The notes under the pieces were generated by a model that did no database searches, was not told the origin of the DNA, and saw nothing but the letters and a program-made list of their open reading frames with translations. From Dehalococcoidia bacterium (GTDB lineage: Bacteria; Chloroflexota; Dehalococcoidia; UBA6926): a stretch of DNA of 64,000 bases. Positions 1 to 9,781 of the stretch are shown piece by piece. Each line of letters starts with the position of its first letter. The stretch's first letter is position 1. Position numbers and translations under genes: made by a program. The stretch spans positions 1-64,000 of the forward strand of contig CAXXET010000007.1 of assembly GCA_963666115.2 (NCBI GenBank), in the 5' to 3' direction.

Positions 1-429
1 GTCTATGTCATTCAAGCTCCGTGCTTGTTCTTGGGGGGAGCCCTCGTAGGCAATTCTTGCCTTTCCGATAATGTGTGCGGCGCACTCCAGAATGACGCGC
101 ATGTGAACGGCCAGGGAATGCAGGTTGTGATGGTCGTTGGCTCCAAGCACGGCGACCATGTGAATCTCAGCCTTGCGAAGAAAGAGGCCGCATTCGTCAC
201 GCACGGACAACTCGGGAGCCTCATCCGTCGGGTCGGCGAAGATTTGTGGGAATGAGTTCTCAAAGTCTGCCTCAGCGAGCAGACGCTTAGTCAACCGCAA
301 AGATTCGCGCACGTAGTCGGTCATGACGTCGCGATAGTGATAGACTGCGATCTCGGTCGAGTAGCTCATGCGCTCCAGAATAATCCGAGTCGTCCCACCG
401 GGCAAGACGACCAGGTGGTCGTCCTGCAC
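1..429 (-). CDS. Hypothetical protein, partial (runs off the window edge); possible DUF5677/HEPN-like helical protein
   Basis: Manual translation: GTG at 429, 9 nt after the RM gene stop, frame open to base 1 (VQDDHLVVLPGG...HSLAVHMRVILECAAHI...). Not in the ORF track because its stop lies outside the window. Confidence 0.6.
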   Translation of the reverse strand, partial: MQDDHLVVLPGGTTRIILERMSYSTEIAVYHYRDVMTDYVRESLRLTKRLLAEADFENSFPQIFADPTDEAPELSVRDECGLFLRKAEIHMVAVLGANDHHNLHSLAVHMRVILECAAHIIGKARIAYEGSPQEQARSLNDID

Positions 430-438
430 TTTAATTCC

Positions 439-3400
439 CTACGCCCCACCTCCCAGCAGCCTCCCCACCAACCCCTCCACAGCCTTTCCCTCCGCAGACC
501 CCCGCAGCCAACCCCGTATCTCACGACGCGCCACCGTCACCGTCAGCGACCTGCCCCGTGCCTCTTCTCGCGCTCGCAATTCCGGCAGCATCTCCGCCAC
601 ACGTTCGGCCGCCGCCTCCCCTGCCTGCGCAAGTTCTCGGTGCAAGTTTACATTCTCGTCGAACCTGGGTATCGGCAGCTTCCATAGATGCTTGTGGAGG
701 TGGCGAGTCCTACCCGCCCAGTTCGGGACGGTGTACCTATTGACTGCCTCCTCTAATGTATCGCTGTTGATGATAGACAGCAGGTATTTGGCTTCGGCCA
801 AGCTAACGCAGGCAACCCAAAAGAGAGTGTAGTCGACTACCGATTCATCATTAGTAAGGATGGCCGCAGTTGGGGTACCAGACTGGTTGTAGATGACCCG
901 CACCGGCATCTCACCATTGTCTTGCTGCCATTCGATCTGGGCTGTCAGTTTGCCCCACCAATCAATTTGGCCCAGCAAAGATAGCTTGTTGGCCTCTGCC
1001 CTATTCACCTCCCACAGGCGGCTGACCGTCCTCCATCGACCCCGCATTCGTCTTTGCAGACCGGACGAATCAAGGACGCTAAGCGGGTTGCCGTCCTTAG
1101 AAAGCCTCTCTTTGTCCTGCCGAATTGGAAGAACCGCCTTCAGAGGCTCAAGTGTCGCATACGGCACGAGCGTCTCGCCCAAATGGACATCGAAGACGTG
1201 AGTTTCCTCAATGGTCTGGCCGGTGATCGCCGAGAGGTCAAGGTCACGCCATGGGGCTTTGTCCTGCGACCCACGACGCGGATTGACCGTGACGGTTCCG
1301 GGCGCCTTGATAATGGCCGTGTTTTCCGCTGGCTCGACGAAATGCAGGCTGCGAGGAACAATGGTTGCTCCCTCACTTGTGCGACGAGTGTATGGAGATT
1401 CGCCGACCTGAGATGTGTCGGTGATCGTAGCGGGCACCCTTCCGAAGTTCTGCTTTTTCGTCTCCCCAGTCCAACGCTCAACCGTTCCCGCGAGTGGCTT
1501 CGCAGGCGGATCATTAGCGCCCTCTGCAACGACGCGACGCGCAAAGGCGACGCTTGCGGGCACAGGAAAGAACGTGTTGGGTTTCAACCGCTCGAGGTCC
1601 CAAGAGGGTTTATGCGTGAAATCCACGGCCAGCACCCCGCCATCGATCCCGATTTTCCAGACACCCGTCCGCCACCTGGCGTACTGCCCTGTCTGCAGCG
1701 CGCTGTGGGGCAACACCATGCCGATGATGCCACCGTCCTCAAGATAGAGATCAACTGAGCGGGTGAAAAAGAGCCCCGCCACATCCTGATGCGTGGCGTA
1801 CCGCCCGCCCTGCCAGATGCCGTACACGTCTTTGCTCAGTCGCTCAAGTCCTGTACGCAAGTCCTTGATGGTCTGGTTGTAGTTGATCCATGGCGGATTG
1901 CCGATGATCACGTCCACTTTCTGCCGGCTCAGCGCCACCGGGCGCACCATGTTGCGCGTGTAATACGCCCAGATGTGGTTGCGCCCCTCTGCATGCAATC
2001 TCTGGAGATCACGGATAGTTTGCTCAAGCACGGGGCGCTCGCTCTCAAACACGCCCGCCTGATCCAGCACAAAGGACGGATCGTCACCCGATTCAATCGC
2101 GCTGGTTACATCAGCAACGACATTGTCAAAGTTCTCGGCTCGGCTTACCAGAGACACCGGGAACTTCAGTTCAATGTTGTCGTGTCCTCCAACCTGGATA
2201 GGCACGTTTGGCCCGGACAACATGTCGCCTCTGATTCGTAGTTGGAGTGAATCCCCCAAGTAGACCGGCGCGGAGAAGTTGGACGATGGCGCCCCGCCGC
2301 CCAATCCGTCGAAAAGCGGCTTGGCGGCCAGCACCCACGCGGCGCGCGCCAGATGGACGGCGACTGGATGGATGTCGATGCCGATGACCTTGTCGCGCAG
2401 CCGATTCAGGAGTTCCGCGGGTGTATACGTGTCTTTCGGATCAGGGTTGTTGTCAGCCGTCCAAATGAAGTGTGCGATTGCCTCCGTGAGGAACGTGCCG
2501 GAGCCGCAGGCGGGGTCAAGCACGCGCTGACTCAACGGGTCATCCACCAACTCCGTCACCATGGCGCGGGCGAGCCAGTCGGGCGTGTAGTATTCGCCAA
2601 GCCGCTTGCGGTCATCCGGCGGAATTACGGCCTCATAGAGGATGGCGGCGACGTTTTCCGGGGCCGCAAGCCAGTTGAACCGGTTGATGCGGCGGGCAAG
2701 CGCGCTGAGGAAGGGGCCGCCGCCGACTTCTGTCGGCCATGCAAAGAAGTCCGACTCCACCACGCCCTCGATGCCAGTGTTGCTGCGAAATATCCGTCCG
2801 AGCACCAGATCGTGCGGGTCATTGGCGGCAAGCTCACGGATATCAATGCCGAAGGAGGCCTGCACGACGATGCCGATGACGGTAGTGAGATACGTGTGGC
2901 GGATGAACAGGTCATCCATCGCCTGCTCGCCCTGCGCAATCTCGCCCAACGCCGTGCGCAGCAGGTCTTCCCACAGCCGGCGTTTGACCGCGATGCTGGG
3001 ATTCTCCCGGGCCTTCTCGTACAGCACCCTGAGGGTGTCGATGTCCTGGGCATAGCGTGGGCTTTTGGGGCCGAACTGGGCTTCGATGTCTATCCGATTT
3101 GGCGGGATATTCTCCAGGGCGACGAGGGCCTCATCGCGCAGCCATTCGTAGAGATCGGTCCACTGATTGGCATTGTCCAGGGTCATGGCATACGGCTTTG
3201 TCAGCTTGGGCTCTCCCGCGCCCGGCCACCGCAGCAGCCAGCGCTTGCCGTCCGTCAACACGCCCATGCGCTGCTTGCCCTCACGCTGTGATTCAGCGAG
3301 GTAGTTATCCAGTTGGTCGACGTAGTCCTGGTCCGGGGCGCCGGATGCTGCTAGTCCGAGGTTTTGCTTGCATTCGATGAACGTATCGAGAGCCGTGAGG

Positions 3401-3609
3401 TCGACGGCGCGGCCGGATTTGGTTGCGGGATGGACTTCAAGGTTTACCTCGGTCGTCCTGGCGAGGTCTGCGACTCTGAGGAACTCGCAGATGGCGGCTC
3501 GGATGTTGTCCTCATGCTGGAAACTCCCGTGGCGATGCAGAATCTCTTCTGCGGCCTTGAGACAGTCGGGGTCTTCGGGACTGGGGATGCGTCTCTTGTC
3601 AGTGGTCAT
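439..3609 (-). CDS. Type IIG-like fused restriction endonuclease / N6-adenine methyltransferase
   Basis: 1056 aa. N-terminal PD-(D/E)xK-like motif (AVD...FIECK), GEYYTP, motif I VLDPACGSGTFL, motif IV IIGNPPW, C-terminal TRD-like region. Confidence 0.88.
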   Translation of the reverse strand: MTTDKRRIPSPEDPDCLKAAEEILHRHGSFQHEDNIRAAICEFLRVADLARTTEVNLEVHPATKSGRAVDLTALDTFIECKQNLGLAASGAPDQDYVDQLDNYLAESQREGKQRMGVLTDGKRWLLRWPGAGEPKLTKPYAMTLDNANQWTDLYEWLRDEALVALENIPPNRIDIEAQFGPKSPRYAQDIDTLRVLYEKARENPSIAVKRRLWEDLLRTALGEIAQGEQAMDDLFIRHTYLTTVIGIVVQASFGIDIRELAANDPHDLVLGRIFRSNTGIEGVVESDFFAWPTEVGGGPFLSALARRINRFNWLAAPENVAAILYEAVIPPDDRKRLGEYYTPDWLARAMVTELVDDPLSQRVLDPACGSGTFLTEAIAHFIWTADNNPDPKDTYTPAELLNRLRDKVIGIDIHPVAVHLARAAWVLAAKPLFDGLGGGAPSSNFSAPVYLGDSLQLRIRGDMLSGPNVPIQVGGHDNIELKFPVSLVSRAENFDNVVADVTSAIESGDDPSFVLDQAGVFESERPVLEQTIRDLQRLHAEGRNHIWAYYTRNMVRPVALSRQKVDVIIGNPPWINYNQTIKDLRTGLERLSKDVYGIWQGGRYATHQDVAGLFFTRSVDLYLEDGGIIGMVLPHSALQTGQYARWRTGVWKIGIDGGVLAVDFTHKPSWDLERLKPNTFFPVPASVAFARRVVAEGANDPPAKPLAGTVERWTGETKKQNFGRVPATITDTSQVGESPYTRRTSEGATIVPRSLHFVEPAENTAIIKAPGTVTVNPRRGSQDKAPWRDLDLSAITGQTIEETHVFDVHLGETLVPYATLEPLKAVLPIRQDKERLSKDGNPLSVLDSSGLQRRMRGRWRTVSRLWEVNRAEANKLSLLGQIDWWGKLTAQIEWQQDNGEMPVRVIYNQSGTPTAAILTNDESVVDYTLFWVACVSLAEAKYLLSIINSDTLEEAVNRYTVPNWAGRTRHLHKHLWKLPIPRFDENVNLHRELAQAGEAAAERVAEMLPELRAREEARGRSLTVTVARREIRGWLRGSAEGKAVEGLVGRLLGGGA

Positions 3610-3634
3610 GGTTGGATTATAAGCGAGGCTGCCA

Positions 3635-4573
3635 TCACAACTGCCCCCGCGCCTTCAACTCCGAGGGAAGCAGCGCCGCATACACAGCATCATGGGCGGG
3701 CGTGGCAACGTCATGCCGCTGCCCCAAGCGCGGAACCACGCCGACCTGCGCCTCCAATTCCGACGGCCTCCCTGAGGCAATATCACGCTGCATGGACGCC
3801 GTTCCGTCCGCCGGGGCCAGGTCCGCCAGCCGCATTGCGCCCTCAACAGCATCGGACGCCAGGACGACGCTCTCCACTGCGGCGACGGCGGCTATCTCCT
3901 CCATGCACGCCTTGAGCAGATCGCGGGAACGCGGAACGGATCGGAAGACGCCAATGGGCGCCCGCGTCACCGCGCCCACCCCTGCCAGCGGCCCCACGAA
4001 CAACAGCTTCTCCCACAACGCCGCGCGGATGTCCGCCCGTGTCGTGGCGAAAATACCGGCATCGGAAAGAGCGGCGCGAATGTCCTCCACCGTCTCGGAC
4101 GCGCTGCCGTCCAGTTCGCCGATGGTGATGGTCGGCGGCACGCCCGTGTGCCGGATGACGCCCGGCTCAACGATGTCCGTAAAGATGCGGCACGTGCCGC
4201 CGATGACGTGGCCGTTCGTCACCGCTGACGCAAGCTGGTCCGGCGCTTCAACGCCGTTCTGGAGCGGGATGACCGTTGTGCTCTCACCCGCCATTGGCGC
4301 GATCGCGACGGCCGCCTCCGGAACCATCCACGTCTTGACCGTAACGAATACGACGTCAACCTGCCCCACGTCCGCCGGGTTCCTCGTTGCCATGAACGAT
4401 CCGGGCGGCAGCTGCGCGCTACCCTCGGGGCTTTCGATACGGAGCCCCTGGGCCTGAAGGGCGTCAAGATGCGGGCCGCGGGCAATCAGGGAAACATCGT
4501 GCCTGCCAGTCTCGGCCAGCCGGCCTCCGAAGTATGCGCCGACGGCTCCCGCTCCAAAGAAGGCGATTCTCAA
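3635..4573 (-). CDS. panE: 2-dehydropantoate 2-reductase (ketopantoate reductase)
   Basis: GAGAVG Rossmann motif, VKT, LQNG, WEKL, SMQRD..GRPSELE. Confidence 0.9.
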   Translation of the reverse strand: MRIAFFGAGAVGAYFGGRLAETGRHDVSLIARGPHLDALQAQGLRIESPEGSAQLPPGSFMATRNPADVGQVDVVFVTVKTWMVPEAAVAIAPMAGESTTVIPLQNGVEAPDQLASAVTNGHVIGGTCRIFTDIVEPGVIRHTGVPPTITIGELDGSASETVEDIRAALSDAGIFATTRADIRAALWEKLLFVGPLAGVGAVTRAPIGVFRSVPRSRDLLKACMEEIAAVAAVESVVLASDAVEGAMRLADLAPADGTASMQRDIASGRPSELEAQVGVVPRLGQRHDVATPAHDAVYAALLPSELKARGQL

Positions 4574-4582
4574 CGCAATTCC

Positions 4583-5233
4583 CTACGCCGTGCCGAATTG
4601 GCGGTCGCCCGCGTCGCCCAGGCCGGGCACGATGAACCCCTGCTCATTCAGGCGCTCATCGAGACCTGCGATGTGGATGCGAACGTCGGGATGATCGCGC
4701 TGCAGCCGTTCAACGCCCTCCGGCGCGGCGATAAGGCCGATGTACCGGATGCGCTGCACGCCCCAATCCTTGAGCAGGTCGCACGCGGCGGACGCAGAGC
4801 CGCCCGTCGCGAGCATCGGGTCCATCAGCAGGCACGCCTGCACGTCCGGCTCAAGGGGTTTGTTGGCGTAATACTGCATCGGCTCCAGTGTGCGCTCGTC
4901 ACGGCGGAGGCCGATGTGCCAGACGACGGCGTCCGGCATCATCTCCCACAGACCCTCCACCATGCCAAGACCCGCCCTGAGAACCGGCACGAGGCCGATG
5001 GAGCCGCGCAGGCGCTGGCCGGGGGCGTTGGCGAGCGGCGTAAGGACGCTGGTTGGTTCCGTTAAAAGGTCTGTTGTCGCCTCATAAGCGAGCAGGATTG
5101 TGATTTCCTTAACCAGTTCCCGGAACCGACGTGCGGGCGTCTCTGCAATACGAAGTTGCGTCAGCTTGTCCCGCACAATAGGATGCGACGACACGTGCAC
5201 CCCCGCCCCGGCAACTGTCTGGCTCATATCCAT
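4583..5233 (-). CDS. upp: Uracil phosphoribosyltransferase
   Basis: VPVLRAGLGM, DPMLATGGS, IVPGLGDAGDRQFGT. Start chosen at ATG 5233 (5227 also possible). Confidence 0.95.
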   Translation of the reverse strand: MDMSQTVAGAGVHVSSHPIVRDKLTQLRIAETPARRFRELVKEITILLAYEATTDLLTEPTSVLTPLANAPGQRLRGSIGLVPVLRAGLGMVEGLWEMMPDAVVWHIGLRRDERTLEPMQYYANKPLEPDVQACLLMDPMLATGGSASAACDLLKDWGVQRIRYIGLIAAPEGVERLQRDHPDVRIHIAGLDERLNEQGFIVPGLGDAGDRQFGTA

Positions 5234-5316
5234 AGTGTACCGCGTGACCCTACTGAACCGCACTCAACGCCCGCGCGCCACCCTGCTAAACTCAGATAAA
5301 GGAGTGAGCGCCTCTC

Positions 5317-6330
5317 ATGACATCGAGCCTGCCTGTTGACCTGCCTGGCGGCAAGAAGGGCCGCGTGCTTTCCGGCGCGCGGCCGACCGGCCGATTGCAC
5401 CTTGGCAACTACTTCGGCGCGCTGAAGAACTGGGTGTCCCTGCAAGACGAGTATGATTGCTTCTACTTCGTCGCCGACGTCCATGCGCTCACGACCGTCG
5501 AGGACACGGTCGGCCTCAAACAGAACACGCGGGAAATGGCGCTGGATTGGCTTGCCGCGGGCCTCGACCCGGATCGAAGCACGCTGTTCATCCAATCGCG
5601 CGTTCCGGAAGTGCTGGAACTCCACACCTACCTGAGCATGGTCACACCGATGGGGTCATTGCAGCGCGTGCCCAGCTTCAAGGAGCAGTTCCGCGCCCGC
5701 GCCGACAGCATGAATTACGGCCTCGTGGGTTATCCCGTCCTGCAAACGGCAGACATCATCATCTACCTGGCAAACAAGGTTCCCGTCGGCGTGGACCAGG
5801 TTCCGCACGTGGAACTGTCGCGGGAGATCGTGCGGAGGTTCAACGGGCAGTTCGGCGAGATCTTTCCTGAGCCGGACGCTCTTCTCTCGGACACGCCGAG
5901 CATCAAGGGGACGGACGGCGACCAGAAGATGTCCAAGAGCCTGGACAACCAGATTGAATTGGCCGCAACGACGGAGGAGACGGCGCAGCGCGTGATGTCC
6001 ATGGTGACCGATCCACAGCGCGCCCGCCGCACGGACCCGGGGCGTCCATGGGTCTGCAACGTCTATGCGCTCCACCAGATTTTTTCCACCGAGGAGTACA
6101 CGAAGACGGTGTATGACCAGTGCATGGCGGCGACCATCGGCTGCGTGGACGATAAGCGCGCGCTTGCAGACGCCATCAATGAGTACCTTGGACCGTTTCG
6201 GGAGCGGCGGGCGGAGTACGAAAAGCGGCCAGACCTGGTTGAGGACGTGCTCGCCACCGGAACGGAGCGCGCCCGGGCGGTCGCCATCCGCACGATGGAA
6301 GAAGTCCGTGACCGCATCGGGTTCTTCTAG
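5317..6330 (+). CDS. trpS: Tryptophan--tRNA ligase
   Basis: SGARPTGRLHLGNY (HIGH), YPVLQTADI, VPVGVDQ, KMSKS. Confidence 0.96.
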   Translation: MTSSLPVDLPGGKKGRVLSGARPTGRLHLGNYFGALKNWVSLQDEYDCFYFVADVHALTTVEDTVGLKQNTREMALDWLAAGLDPDRSTLFIQSRVPEVLELHTYLSMVTPMGSLQRVPSFKEQFRARADSMNYGLVGYPVLQTADIIIYLANKVPVGVDQVPHVELSREIVRRFNGQFGEIFPEPDALLSDTPSIKGTDGDQKMSKSLDNQIELAATTEETAQRVMSMVTDPQRARRTDPGRPWVCNVYALHQIFSTEEYTKTVYDQCMAATIGCVDDKRALADAINEYLGPFRERRAEYEKRPDLVEDVLATGTERARAVAIRTMEEVRDRIGFF

Positions 6331-7134
6331 GTGACAACTTCTCCTGACGGACTCCCCTTGGCCGCGTCAGGCCGCACGGCGGAGTCCGTCGCGTTGGAAG
6401 CCGCGCAGTACGCGGGCAAGATTCATCTCCAGCATTTTCGCGGCGACGAGGTGGGCGCGAGAGAGAAGCAGCGCGCGGACGTTGTGACGGACGTCGACAT
6501 CGCCATCGAGCAGGAACTGCGCGCGCTGTTCTCGCGGGAGTTTCCGCAGGCCGGATTCCTCGGAGAAGAGACGGGCGAATCCGCCGGGGATTCCGGGTAT
6601 GTCTGGACGGTCGATCCCATCGACGGCACGGCGAATTTCGCTCGCGGGATTCCCCATTTCTGTACGACTATCGCGCTGCTCCGTGACGGCGTCCCGGCTC
6701 TTGGCATCACCTATGACGCCGTGCGGGACGATACGTTCCTCGCCATCGCCGGACACGGCTTGACGCTCAACGGAGCCCCTGTCTCACCGGCCTACCCCGC
6801 CGAATTGTTGGATGCGACTATCGGCTTCGACATCGGGCCGGAGCAGGATTTGAACGTCCGCGCATTTGACATCATCCGCGCGCTGGTGCCCATGCACCGC
6901 GTGCGGCTAATGGGCTCCGGGGCGCTGGGATTCGCATACGCGGCGGCAGGTCTCATCGACGTATACTTCCACCTGGCGCTCAAGCCGTGGGACGTGGCGG
7001 CAGGCCTGCTGTTCATCCAGGAGACCAACGCCGACGCCGTCTCCCTGGACTTCGACGGCAACCCGGCCACACCATGGAGCAGCAACTACCTGGTGGGCGC
7101 ATCCCACTTGCTGGAACGAGTGCGGACGGCGTAG
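6331..7134 (+). CDS. suhB: Inositol monophosphatase family protein
   Basis: GEE, WTVDPIDGTANF, WDVAAG motifs. Confidence 0.85.
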   Translation: MTTSPDGLPLAASGRTAESVALEAAQYAGKIHLQHFRGDEVGAREKQRADVVTDVDIAIEQELRALFSREFPQAGFLGEETGESAGDSGYVWTVDPIDGTANFARGIPHFCTTIALLRDGVPALGITYDAVRDDTFLAIAGHGLTLNGAPVSPAYPAELLDATIGFDIGPEQDLNVRAFDIIRALVPMHRVRLMGSGALGFAYAAAGLIDVYFHLALKPWDVAAGLLFIQETNADAVSLDFDGNPATPWSSNYLVGASHLLERVRTA

Positions 7135-7137
7135 AAC

Positions 7138-7356
7138 CTAGCCACGCCCCCGGTTCACGTCATCCCAATTCAGGCCCAAATCGCGCGCAATTGCGCGAAG
7201 CGTACCGATCTTCAGGTCGCGGCTTCCCCAGTCAGGAACAGAGGCCTCCCCGTTGTTGGCGGGGTTGAACCACCTGCGATGGGAACCCCGCCTTCTCACG
7301 ATCATCTCCTCACAGCCCAGTTGGCGGAGGCGGCGTGCAAACTCCCTGTAGGTCAC
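7138..7356 (-). CDS. hicA: HicA family toxin
   Basis: 72 aa, RRRGSH catalytic motif, VP..GSRDLKIGTLRAI; overlaps the hicB stop (GTGA). Confidence 0.88.
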   Translation of the reverse strand: MTYREFARRLRQLGCEEMIVRRRGSHRRWFNPANNGEASVPDWGSRDLKIGTLRAIARDLGLNWDDVNRGRG

Positions 7357-7637
7357 GCAGGTACCAGAGCTTCATTCTTCACCGCAAGAAGCAGTTCAAT
7401 TCTGATCGGTTGCTCTGTTGACTCATTCACGAATAGCTCACGCGGGAGAGGCCGCTTGTCGTCTTCGTAGAACTCCAGCACCGTGTAGAAGGCATCAATG
7501 GCGTGTTCAATCGTTTCCGCAACCGTATCACCCTCGGTAACCAGTTCACGTACAGCGGGCGACGTCACCGTATACCCGCCCTCAGGCTGGGGCTCCAACA
7601 ATAGGGGCACTCGCACCGTGCGTCCGGGCTTGGCCAT
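7353..7637 (-). CDS. hicB: HicB family antitoxin
   Basis: EPQPEGGYTVTSP...TEGDTVAE. Start set at ATG 7637 behind GGAGGAGG; the longer ORF-track extension is not supported. Confidence 0.85.
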   Translation of the reverse strand: MAKPGRTVRVPLLLEPQPEGGYTVTSPAVRELVTEGDTVAETIEHAIDAFYTVLEFYEDDKRPLPRELFVNESTEQPIRIELLLAVKNEALVPA

Positions 7638-7742
7638 GTCCTCCTCCTGATGCTGCAACCACGCGTCATTCTGAACGGACAGTAACCATGATAACGCAGA
7701 GTCAAGCACTTCATCGACAGGCGAGGGCGCGGGATATTCAAC

Positions 7743-7770
7743 TTGCATTCGGAAAAGTAATCCATATACT
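7743..7770 (+). promoter_or_regulatory. Putative sigma70 promoter for the small ORF at 7833
   Basis: TTGCAT-16 nt-TATACT, followed by hairpin GGCTCGGT/ACCGAGCC (7789-7809) and RBS GGAGGT (7821-7826). Confidence 0.5.
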
Positions 7771-7832
7771 TGGTTGGGCAAGAAAATCGGCTCGGTATCC
7801 GACCGAGCCAAAGACGGATTGGAGGTATCGTG

Positions 7833-7943
7833 ATGTCCGAGACTGTGAATGCAAAGGGTGGCAAGGGGCCTGCTGGCTGGCCAAGCAAAAAACCCGGTGA
7901 AAAGTCGGGGGGAGGCAGAGACAACAACCCACCCAAGAAGTAA
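7833..7943 (+). CDS. 36-aa Gly/Lys/Pro-rich small protein (MSETVNAKGGKGPAGWPSKKPGEKSGGGRDNNPPKK)
   Basis: Strong RBS at correct spacing, upstream promoter, downstream terminator; below the ORF-track size cut-off. Confidence 0.62.
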   Translation: MSETVNAKGGKGPAGWPSKKPGEKSGGGRDNNPPKK

Positions 7944-7960
7944 GCACAGAAACACAAAGC

Positions 7961-7997
7961 AAGGCGGGCGGCTCAGTTGGGTCGCCCGCCTTCTTTT
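7961..7997. terminator. Intrinsic terminator, probably bidirectional
   Basis: AAGGCGGGCGGC/GTCGCCCGCCTT stem with T-rich tails on both strands, between convergent genes. Confidence 0.75.
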
Positions 7998-8052
7998 CGA
8001 TGGATGCTCACCCCGTGCTGGCAGGCCCGCCGCACGGTGCTGATGCGATGCG

Positions 8053-8502
8053 CTATTCAGACCTCATTCGGCGGAGGGTGACCCACGTGACGCTCGTTGA
8101 CGTGATGAGGCTGAGCAGTCCACCGATGAGAATGTCGATCGGCACAAGCGCCGTCGACCATGTGGACAGCATCAGGAACGTCGGGACGCTGTATGTCGCG
8201 TAGGCGGCGATTCCCAGCACAAAGCTATTCTTCATCGCTTTGGTCAGGTCTCTCTCCTTCACGGCAGGCTCAATCGCAAGATAGCTGTTGGCGAGCGCAA
8301 TCAGTCCAAAGAAGATGAGCGCGAAGAGAATCTCGGTCCCGCCCCATGTGTCAATCTGCTTCCCGAAGGCGTCGAAGAGTTCGTTGTGGCCGCTTCCCTC
8401 ATGAAAGTTCTCATACATGGCCACTGCCATTGGTGATATATTCCATCCCACGTCGATCACCAAGTAGACGACAAACGCCGCGGCAAATCGAATGTACTGC
8501 AT
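8053..8502 (-). CDS. DUF2177-like membrane protein
   Basis: Four hydrophobic segments; YLVIDVGW, LGIAAYATY, W...LVPIDILIGG pattern. Confidence 0.65.
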   Translation of the reverse strand: MQYIRFAAAFVVYLVIDVGWNISPMAVAMYENFHEGSGHNELFDAFGKQIDTWGGTEILFALIFFGLIALANSYLAIEPAVKERDLTKAMKNSFVLGIAAYATYSVPTFLMLSTWSTALVPIDILIGGLLSLITSTSVTWVTLRRMRSE

Positions 8503-8542
8503 TCTTCACCCCCCACCCGCCATTGCGCGGTGCGTATAAGAG

Positions 8543-8580
8543 AAGGGGGCGCTGCCCCTTGCGCGGCAACGCCCCCTTTT
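8543..8580 (-). terminator. Putative intrinsic terminator after the ACAD cluster
   Basis: AAGGGGGCGCTGCC/GGCAACGCCCCCTT inverted repeat about 30 nt after the stop at 8609. Confidence 0.6.
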
Positions 8581-8608
8581 CCGTACGGTCTCGTGTATCT
8601 ATCGGAGC

Positions 8609-9733
8609 TTAGATGTCCATCGCCTGGGCAACGCGCTCGCGGTGGTAGTCGCCGTCGCCGAAGGAGACCTCCCACGCCTTGAGGCGGCGCGTGAACAACT
8701 GCAGGTCGTGCTCCTGCGTGAAGCCAATGGCGCCGTGGCACTGGTGCGCGGTGGCCGCCACACGCTGCGCGGAATCGCTGACCCACGCCTTCGCGGAGGA
8801 AACCTCCAGGTCGGACGACAGGCCCTCGCCAAGCCGCCAGATCGCCTGGTAGGTGATGAAGCGGGAGCCGTCAACGTCCGTCGCCATGTTCGCGCAGTAG
8901 TGCTGGATGGCCTGGAACGAGCCGATGGGCCGACCGAACTGCACGCGGTTCTTCACGTACTCAACGGTCATGTCCAGGACCTCTTGCAGCGCGCCAACCA
9001 TCTGGCAGCAGCGCAGGGCAGCGCCCTTCTGGAGCAGCAGGCGCAGATGGGACCAGCCGTTGCCGGCCTCGCCCAGCACATTGGCCGCCGGAACGGAGAC
9101 GTTGTTGAACGTCACTTCGCACTGGTTGTCCGTGGCGATGGTCTTCAGCTTATCGACGGAGACCCCGTTGCTCTGCGCGTCAACGAGGAGCAGGGTGACG
9201 CCGTCCTCGCCGGAGCCGCCCGTGCGCGCCGCGACCAGCAGGTAGTCGGCTGCGTGGGCGTTCTCCACGAACATCTTTGTGCCGTTGAGCGTGTAGCCGT
9301 CGCCGGACGCGGACGCCTCCAGGTTGATGCCGTTGGCATCGAGGCGGGAATACGGCTCAAGGATGGCGGCGGTGGCGATCAGGTCGCCTGCCGCGATCCG
9401 GGGTAGGTATTCAGCCTTCTGCGCGTCGGTTCCGGCATCGAGAATGGCGACCGTGACGAGCGCGGTGTTGAAGAACGGGCCCGGCATGACGCCATGGCCA
9501 ACCTCTTCGAGGAGGATGCCCAGATCAACCAGATTCTGGCCGGTGCCACCGTGCTCCTCGGGAACGATCAGGCCGAGCCACCCCACCTGGGCGATCTTCT
9601 GCCACATGTCCGCCGTGAAACCGCGGTCATCCTCTTCCATGTCCCGGACGAATGTGCGCGGTGTCTCCTGCTCAATGAACTCTCGCGCCATCGACCGCAG
9701 CATTTCCTGGTCTTCAGTCAGTCCCAGATCCAT
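8609..9733 (-). CDS. Acyl-CoA dehydrogenase family, partner (FadE27/FadE28-like) subunit
   Basis: 374 aa. NRVQFGRPIGSFQAIQH and HQCHGAIGFTQEHDL present; lacks the SEPxAGSD and FER motifs; ends FGDGDYHRERVA. Confidence 0.88.
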   Translation of the reverse strand: MDLGLTEDQEMLRSMAREFIEQETPRTFVRDMEEDDRGFTADMWQKIAQVGWLGLIVPEEHGGTGQNLVDLGILLEEVGHGVMPGPFFNTALVTVAILDAGTDAQKAEYLPRIAAGDLIATAAILEPYSRLDANGINLEASASGDGYTLNGTKMFVENAHAADYLLVAARTGGSGEDGVTLLLVDAQSNGVSVDKLKTIATDNQCEVTFNNVSVPAANVLGEAGNGWSHLRLLLQKGAALRCCQMVGALQEVLDMTVEYVKNRVQFGRPIGSFQAIQHYCANMATDVDGSRFITYQAIWRLGEGLSSDLEVSSAKAWVSDSAQRVAATAHQCHGAIGFTQEHDLQLFTRRLKAWEVSFGDGDYHRERVAQAMDI

Positions 9734-9781
9734 TTCCCCCTCCTGTGTCCCTTGCTCTCTCTTATGTCCGTGGATTCTCAG

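Noticed and set aside
7638-7955. N-terminal extension of hicB to 200 aa
   Set aside because: A strong RBS sits at ATG 7637, and the extension overlaps a promoter and small ORF on the opposite strand.
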